Assembly (NCBI GenBank): GCA_910586035.1
Contig: CAJUHT010000005.1
Location: forward strand, 18,818 to 82,817
Direction of reading: 5' to 3'
Length of the DNA stretch: 64,000 nucleotides
Source of the DNA: an uncultured Christensenella sp.
GTDB taxonomy: Bacteria; Bacillota; Clostridia; Christensenellales; Borkfalkiaceae
Below are positions 58,966 through 64,000 of the stretch, in pieces; the first letter of the stretch is position 1, and every line of letters starts with the position of its first letter. The notes under the pieces were generated by a model, which did not search any database, was not told the DNA's origin, and was given only the letters and a program-made list of their open reading frames with translations. The translations under genes were made by a program, and so were the position numbers.

Positions 58966-59820
58966 ATGTTTATACAGCTTTACGAAGAGAAATATATGCG
59001 CTTCCCCGAAGGGAAAGCCAAGGCTTTAACCTTGTCATACGACGACGGGGTGCAGGCGGATATCCGCCTTTTGAAGATATTCAACAAACACGGCTTGAAG
59101 GGCGCGTTTAACTTAAACTCCAAACTTTTCGACTGCGCCGAATGGCACGGAAGAATGGACGAAGAGCAGACCTTAAAAACCTTTTGCGAGTGCGGGCAGG
59201 AAATAGCTCTGCACGGCGCAAGGCATATATTTTTAGACAAGGCGCCCCTTGCGGAAGGCGTAAAGGAAGTGGCGGACAACCGCGCGTATCTCGAAGATAA
59301 GTTCGGTACAATCGTGCGCGGTATGGCTTACGCTTACGGCGCATTTAACGCGGATATAAAGCGGGTGCTTAAAGATTTGGGCGTGGCATATGCCCGCACC
59401 ACCGTATCTTCCCATTCCTTTGCTGTCCCTGACGATTGGCTTGAACTCAACCCCACCTGTCATCATACGGAAGCGGAGTTTGCACGGTTTGCCGACGAGT
59501 TTTTCTCCTCGTCGCCGCAGGACGCGCCCAAACACAGGGAACCCTGGCTGTTCTACGTGTGGGGGCACAGCTTCGAGTTTGACGATTACGACAATTGGAA
59601 CGTTATCGAAGATTTTGCGGCGCGCGCGGAAAAGCACGCCGACAGCGTGTGGTTTGCCACCAATATTCAGATTTACGAATATGTTAAGGCGTACGAAGCT
59701 CTTGTTTTCTCTTTTGACGGCGAAAGGGTGTACAACCCTTCGGCGATACCCGTTTGGTTGGAGCTAAGGGGGAAAATTTACAGATTGGACGGCGGAAAAG
59801 AAACAGTTTTCGGCAAATAA
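58966..59820 (+). CDS. Polysaccharide deacetylase (NodB/CE4-like) family protein
   Basis: 284 aa. SD AAGGGGG. ALTLSYDDGVQADIRLLKIFNKHGLKGAFNL (DD metal/catalytic motif), IALHGARH, WGHSFEF. Confidence 0.75.
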   Translation: MFIQLYEEKYMRFPEGKAKALTLSYDDGVQADIRLLKIFNKHGLKGAFNLNSKLFDCAEWHGRMDEEQTLKTFCECGQEIALHGARHIFLDKAPLAEGVKEVADNRAYLEDKFGTIVRGMAYAYGAFNADIKRVLKDLGVAYARTTVSSHSFAVPDDWLELNPTCHHTEAEFARFADEFFSSSPQDAPKHREPWLFYVWGHSFEFDDYDNWNVIEDFAARAEKHADSVWFATNIQIYEYVKAYEALVFSFDGERVYNPSAIPVWLELRGKIYRLDGGKETVFGK

Positions 59821-59825
59821 TTTAA

Positions 59826-59858
59826 GCGCAACCCCTTGAAACTTTCAAGGGGTTGCGC
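59826..59858 (+). terminator. Stem-loop after the polysaccharide deacetylase gene (no clear U-tract)
   Basis: A 15-bp stem, GCGCAACCCCTTGAA (59826-59840) / TTCAAGGGGTTGCGC (59844-59858), with a 3-nt loop, followed by TATACTT. Confidence 0.55.
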
Positions 59859-59895
59859 TATACTTATAGCGTAAATTTTTTTTCGGGGGAAAATT

Positions 59896-60651
59896 ATGAT
59901 ACTCGACTTGTTCGGTTTGCAGGGAAAAGTGGCGTTGGTTACGGGCTCCAACACGGGGGTGGGGCAGGGCGTTTGCCGCGCTTATGCCGAGGCGGGCGCA
60001 AAGGTCGTGGGCGTATCCCGCAGACCTTCTACGGAAACGGAGGAGATTATAGGAAGCGATAGTTTTTATAACGTAATTGCCGATTTGTCCTCCTGCGGGG
60101 TTGTGCCCGAAGTGGTGGAAAAGGCTTTGGCGCGCTTTGGCAGAATAGATATTTTGGTAAACAACGCGGGTATAATAAAGCGGTGCGACAGTATCGACGT
60201 TTCCGAAGAGGATTGGGATAGCGTTTTAAACGTAAATTTAAAGACGGTGTTTTTCCTTACGCAAGCCGTAGCCAAGCAGTTTGTAAAGCAGGGGCAGGGC
60301 GGCAAGGTAATCAATATCGCCTCTATGCTGTCCTATCAGGGCGGAATACGCGTTCCATCGTATACGGCTTCGAAGTCGGCTATAAAGGGGTTGACTATGG
60401 CTCTTGCCAACGAATGGGCGAAGTACGGCATAAACGTAAACGCGATAGCCCCCGGATATATGGCTACCAACAACACCGAACAGCTTAGAAAGGACGGCGA
60501 AAGGAGCGCGGATATTTTGGCGCGTATCCCCGCGGGCAGGTGGGGCACGCCCGCCGATTTGGAGGGGGCGGCGGTATACCTTGCAAGCGCGGCAAGCGAC
60601 TACGTAAACGGCTTTACCCTTGCCGTGGACGGCGGCTGGCTGGGCAGATAA
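59896..60651 (+). CDS. kduD: 2-dehydro-3-deoxy-D-gluconate 5-dehydrogenase (SDR)
   Basis: 251 aa. Near-collinear with E. coli KduD as I remember it: MILDLFGLQGKVALVTGSNTGVGQG, ILVNNAGII, INIASMLSYQGGIRVPSYTASKSAIKGLT, NVNAIAPGYMATNNTEQLR, RIPAGRWGTPADL, ASDYVNGFTLAVDGGWLGR. Confidence 0.9.
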   Translation: MILDLFGLQGKVALVTGSNTGVGQGVCRAYAEAGAKVVGVSRRPSTETEEIIGSDSFYNVIADLSSCGVVPEVVEKALARFGRIDILVNNAGIIKRCDSIDVSEEDWDSVLNVNLKTVFFLTQAVAKQFVKQGQGGKVINIASMLSYQGGIRVPSYTASKSAIKGLTMALANEWAKYGINVNAIAPGYMATNNTEQLRKDGERSADILARIPAGRWGTPADLEGAAVYLASAASDYVNGFTLAVDGGWLGR

Positions 60652-60663
60652 CTTTAACGCAAT

Positions 60664-60705
60664 ACGGGCGCGAGCGGCAAATGCCGTCCGCGCCCGTTAT
60701 TTTTT
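60664..60705 (+). terminator. Rho-independent terminator of kduD
   Basis: ACGGGCGCG (60664-60672) / CGCGCCCGT (60689-60697), with an internal secondary stem, then TATTTTTT (to 60705). Confidence 0.75.
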
Positions 60706-60721
60706 AAACAAATTATTTCTT

Positions 60722-61954
60722 TTATTCCTTGGGAAGTTTCTGCAAATACTCGTGCATTGCGTAGGCAACCCGCTTGGACTGTTCAACCGCTTCCACAACC
60801 GTCTTTGCGCCCTTTACCACGTCGCCCGAAGCAAACACGCCCTCGCGCGTGGTTTCGCCGTTGTCGGCAATTTTTGCAAGCCCGCGCTCGTTGGTTTCCA
60901 GCCCGTGGGTCTGGGTTAAAATCATATTCGAGGGGCGCTGTGAAATGCAAATCATAACGCAGTCGGCTTTCATAAGCGAGGTCGTATCGGAAACGGATAC
61001 AAGTCTGTGGTTTTCGTCGCACACAGTGTCGGCGAACATTACGCCCTCGTCGGTAATTTCCACGGGCTGTTTGTTGTATACAAACTCCGCGCCCTCGTAC
61101 TCGGCGTATTCCTTTTCCTCCTCGCTGGCGCTGTACGTGTCGCTGCGCACGGTTATTTTTACGTCCTTTACGCCCATCCTCAGCGCGGTGCGCGCCACGT
61201 CCATAGCCACGTTGCCCGCGCCTATTATTACCATACTCTTGCCGAGTTGCGCGCGGTAGGCTTCGGGCTTTTCCAAAAAGTGCACGCCGTAATGCACGTG
61301 TCCCAGCGTTTCGCCCTTTATGTTCAGCGCTATCGGCCAGGTTACGCCCGTGCCTATCGATATGGCTTTGAATCCGTCGCGGAAAAGCTCTTCCACGCCG
61401 AACGCCTTGCCAATCGTAACGTTGAATTTTATTTTTATGCCCAGCCTGAGCATAAGCGTCTTATACCTGTCCACAATCGACTTGGGCAGCCTGAATTCGG
61501 GTATGCCGAAGCGGAGAACGCCGCCTATGTCGCTCTTGCTCTCGAACACGGTTACGTCGTAACCAAGCTGAGCCATCTTTATCGATATGGTAATGCCCGC
61601 GGGACCCGCGCCTACTACGGCGACCTTTATGCCGTTGGCTTTTTCTCTCGTCAGTTCGAGGCTGTCGAGGTATCTTTCGGAAATAAAGTTTTCAATTGTG
61701 GAAACTTCCACGGGTTCGCCCTTCAAGCCCCTTATGCAGTGCCCCTGACACTGGTTGCCGTGGTTGCACACAATAGAGCATACCACCGAAAGGGGGTTGT
61801 TATCAAACAACATTCTGCCCGCTTCGTCTATGTCGCCCTTTAAAAAAGTCTGAATAAAGTCGGGTATGGGCGTGCTTATCGGGCACCCCGTCCTGCACAG
61901 AGGTTTTTTACAGTTGAGACACCTCTTTGCCTCGGCTATAACGTTATGAGCCAT
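60722..61954 (-). CDS. GltD/SudA/PreT-like NAD(P)H-dependent Fe-S flavoprotein (glutamate synthase small-subunit family)
   Basis: 410 aa. N-terminal Cys clusters CLNCKKPLCRTGCP and CNHGNQCQGHC. Rossmann motifs VAVVGAGPAG and VIIGAGNVAMD. GVFASGDVV near the C-terminus. No large-subunit gene in the window. Confidence 0.8.
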   Translation of the reverse strand: MAHNVIAEAKRCLNCKKPLCRTGCPISTPIPDFIQTFLKGDIDEAGRMLFDNNPLSVVCSIVCNHGNQCQGHCIRGLKGEPVEVSTIENFISERYLDSLELTREKANGIKVAVVGAGPAGITISIKMAQLGYDVTVFESKSDIGGVLRFGIPEFRLPKSIVDRYKTLMLRLGIKIKFNVTIGKAFGVEELFRDGFKAISIGTGVTWPIALNIKGETLGHVHYGVHFLEKPEAYRAQLGKSMVIIGAGNVAMDVARTALRMGVKDVKITVRSDTYSASEEEKEYAEYEGAEFVYNKQPVEITDEGVMFADTVCDENHRLVSVSDTTSLMKADCVMICISQRPSNMILTQTHGLETNERGLAKIADNGETTREGVFASGDVVKGAKTVVEAVEQSKRVAYAMHEYLQKLPKE

Positions 61955-62060
61955 AATTTTTTTCCTTACATTTTGCCCGCCCGTTCTGTTGCTTTATAGG
62001 CGGGTTGCCCGCGCGGCGCGCATTTATGCCGAACTGCTTAAAATTTTATAGTTCCGCTCT

Positions 62061-62480
62061 TTATAATGCCGCTTTGATTTTTTCAATCATCTCTTTGTAT
62101 TCTTCTTCGGAAAGGTAAACTTTGTCGGGGTTCATAGTAAACGTGCCGCCCCATTCGTCGCCGCCCGCGTACTTGGGGCAGAGGTGTACGTGCAGGTGGC
62201 AACCCGTATCGCCGTACATACCGTAGTTGAGCTTGTCGGGCGCAAAAACCTTGTGCAAAGCCTTTGCAACGCGCGTAACGTCGGCAAAAAACGCGTTTCT
62301 TTCCTCTTCGGATACGTCTACTATTTCGCTTACGTGCTCCTTGTAGGCGACTATGCACCTGCCGCGCTTGGACTGTTCTTTAAAGAGTATAAGCTGTGAT
62401 ACGTTTAAGTCGCATATTTTAATTCCGAATTTTGCAAGCGGCTCGCCGCCCGCGCAGTAACCGCAGTTGCAGTCTTTCAT
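62061..62480 (-). CDS. HIT (histidine triad) family protein
   Basis: The ORF track opens at 62546. SD GGGGGA plus ATG 62480 gives 139 aa, MKDCNCGYCAG... Histidine triad GCHLHVHLCPK. Confidence 0.8.
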   Translation of the reverse strand: MKDCNCGYCAGGEPLAKFGIKICDLNVSQLILFKEQSKRGRCIVAYKEHVSEIVDVSEEERNAFFADVTRVAKALHKVFAPDKLNYGMYGDTGCHLHVHLCPKYAGGDEWGGTFTMNPDKVYLSEEEYKEMIEKIKAAL

Positions 62481-62665
62481 AATTATTCCCCCGTGAGTAA
62501 TATTATTATTCCTTGATATTGTAGCACGCGATTTAAGTTTTTTCAATACCTGCGCGCCTGTTTTTTAGCGCATTGTAACTTATTTTTGCGTTTAAGGCAT
62601 AAAATAAGCGGTGCGCCGTCGTCGGAAAAAATGTGAAAAAATTTGCAAATTTTGTCAAAAAACAC

Positions 62666-62695
62666 TTGACGGGGGGGGTACGGAATTGGTATAAT
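62666..62695 (+). promoter_or_regulatory. Extended -10 promoter of the open-ended lipoprotein gene
   Basis: TTGACG (62666-62671), 18 nt, TG-g-TATAAT (62687-62695). Confidence 0.55.
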
Positions 62696-62778
62696 AATAA
62701 TGAGTAGCAAAGTTTTGCAATTTTGCGTTGTTTTTAACTATATCTTATTTGTAATTTTTCAAATGCGAGGTGAAAAAA

Positions 62779-64000
62779 ATGAAGAGAATCAAAAAGGCTT
62801 TTTTGGGGATAACCGCGCTTTTAGCGGCGTTTTCTATTTCGGCAATGTGCGCCTGCACGCCGGGCGACAATACGGAAAATAACGGCGGAAACCCCGGCGG
62901 TAACACCCCCGGCGGAAATACGCAGGCAATTACCGCGGCAAGCGTTTTGAAAGCATACGCCAACCAGACTGTTAAGGGGGCTACGCTGGAATATACGTTG
63001 ACAGGGGATACTTCGGCGAAAGCTTATCCCTGCGACGAAGATGGCAACAAACTGCCCAATGCGGAGGAACAGAGTTCACGCTCTAAGAGCACGGAACAAG
63101 CTTCGGCGGCGGTGGCGGTCGGCGGCTCCGACCTGAAAATAGATTTGGAGCTTTCGAGTAAAAACGAACGATACGGCGTGGACGGCGAGGCGGCTACGCA
63201 GGACTACCGCTATATGTTTGTGCGCGGCGGACATATATTTACGCACGAAGCCAAGGCGGCGGTTACAGATTTTGCGGACGTAACGCTTACATACGACGGA
63301 AGTATGACCGACGGAATGCCCGAAGGTTATCAGGCTATCCTTGCGGGACTTAATACGGAGGTCGGTTCCGCGACGTCGTTGCCCTTAAATCTTATTTTGG
63401 GGCTTGCGGATAAATATAACGGCGCTTCATACGCGAACGGCGTGCTCACCGTAGACTTCAATAAAGTTACTTATAATTTGTATAACGACGTTCTTGCCGT
63501 TATCGAGGGTTTGGACGAAAACACCACGGTAGGCAGTCTGCTCTCTTCGGCTCCCGTTAAAAATCTTTTGCAGTCGCTTACGTACGGTATGGACGCAAAG
63601 GAAATTTATGATTCGGTTGTAGCGCAGTTGAGCGGCGAAAACGTGCCCGCCGCAACAAAGGAAATTCTTAAAGTGCTTCCCAAACCCGCGGAAGGGGACG
63701 GCGTTTACGAATATCTCGTAAAGGTTGTAAGCTCCAAGGAGTTTACGGGCTTTGTGGTAAGTATGCTCACGCAGGGACAGGTCGGCTCTATGATTGCGCC
63801 CTTCTCCGAATTTAAGCTTGCCGATATTTTTGCGCTTTTGGGTAAAATAAACGGCGGTTCGCAGTCGCCTACGCTTGGCGGCTCCCAAACGTCGGCGGAC
63901 GCAAGCGGTAACGTTCGTATGTCCCCCGCGCCCATAACTATGGAAGAAATTAAAAAGCTTGTTAAAGACACGCTTGACAAAGCGGTTAGCGTAACCGAAG
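62779..64000 (+). CDS. Probable lipoprotein of unknown function, 3' end outside window
   Basis: Absent from the supplied ORF track because it has no stop in the window. SD GAGGTG plus ATG 62779. I translated 407 codons to nt 63999 and found no stop. MKRIKKAFLGITALLAAFSISAMCAC is followed by a G/N/P stalk (NNGGNPGGNTPGGN). Confidence 0.7.
   Translation, partial: MKRIKKAFLGITALLAAFSISAMCACTPGDNTENNGGNPGGNTPGGNTQAITAASVLKAYANQTVKGATLEYTLTGDTSAKAYPCDEDGNKLPNAEEQSSRSKSTEQASAAVAVGGSDLKIDLELSSKNERYGVDGEAATQDYRYMFVRGGHIFTHEAKAAVTDFADVTLTYDGSMTDGMPEGYQAILAGLNTEVGSATSLPLNLILGLADKYNGASYANGVLTVDFNKVTYNLYNDVLAVIEGLDENTTVGSLLSSAPVKNLLQSLTYGMDAKEIYDSVVAQLSGENVPAATKEILKVLPKPAEGDGVYEYLVKVVSSKEFTGFVVSMLTQGQVGSMIAPFSEFKLADIFALLGKINGGSQSPTLGGSQTSADASGNVRMSPAPITMEEIKKLVKDTLDKAVSVTE

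Noticed and set aside
62700-62882. 60-aa ORF at the start of the last gene region, and antisense ORFs at 62745-62963, 63427-63888 and 63705-63980.
   Set aside because: The first begins just after the -10 box without an SD and is out of frame with the well-supported lipoprotein ORF (62779 onward). The others are antisense shadows of that ORF.

Overview
This is a 64-kb, gene-dense chromosomal segment. I call 36 protein-coding genes, 29 on the + strand. I saw no rRNA, tRNA, CRISPR array, transposase, integrase or phage genes.

Strong GGAGG-type ribosome-binding sites, extended -10 promoters (TGnTAnAAT) and many lipobox (..A/G|C) signal peptides suggest a monoderm Bacillota/Clostridia-like anaerobe. 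That is inference only. Coding DNA looks roughly 50-55% GC by eye, and the intergenic promoter regions are clearly AT-rich.

Content, left to right:
- tail of a beta-helix repeat protein
- an asymmetric heterodimeric ABC exporter
- a lipid-anchored PL1 pectate lyase
- an orphan Sfp-type phosphopantetheinyl transferase
- a 7-gene MoxR / DUF58 / BatA-like VWA operon that continues into two unknown lipoproteins (7.4-19.5 kb)
- a run of giant surface proteins (19.9-37.4 kb): a collagen-like / prealbumin-fold lipoprotein, a GLUG-repeat lipoprotein, and a 2515-aa PA-domain subtilase with BspA-type LRRs
- an unusually elaborated Opp/Dpp-type ABC importer joined to that run with no terminator in between (37.4-45.7 kb)
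- an L-cysteine desulfidase family gene
- a membrane redox cluster (47.3-53.6 kb): a CXXC-tailed membrane protein, a NapH-like polyferredoxin fused to two thioredoxin folds, and a convergent thioredoxin-fold giant lipoprotein
- housekeeping or accessory genes: asparaginase-like, Fe-ADH, YitT, MATE, polysaccharide deacetylase, kduD, GltD-like oxidoreductase, HIT
- an open-ended lipoprotein gene that the ORF track misses

The observations most worth follow-up:
1. The polyferredoxin::thioredoxin fusion cluster.
2. The protease-plus-Opp unit of about 22 kb with no internal terminator.
3. The Bat-like operon extended by lipoproteins.
4. Recurrent TTATGCA/TGCATAA inverted repeats in the promoter regions.

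All family calls come from motif recognition by eye. No searches were run.
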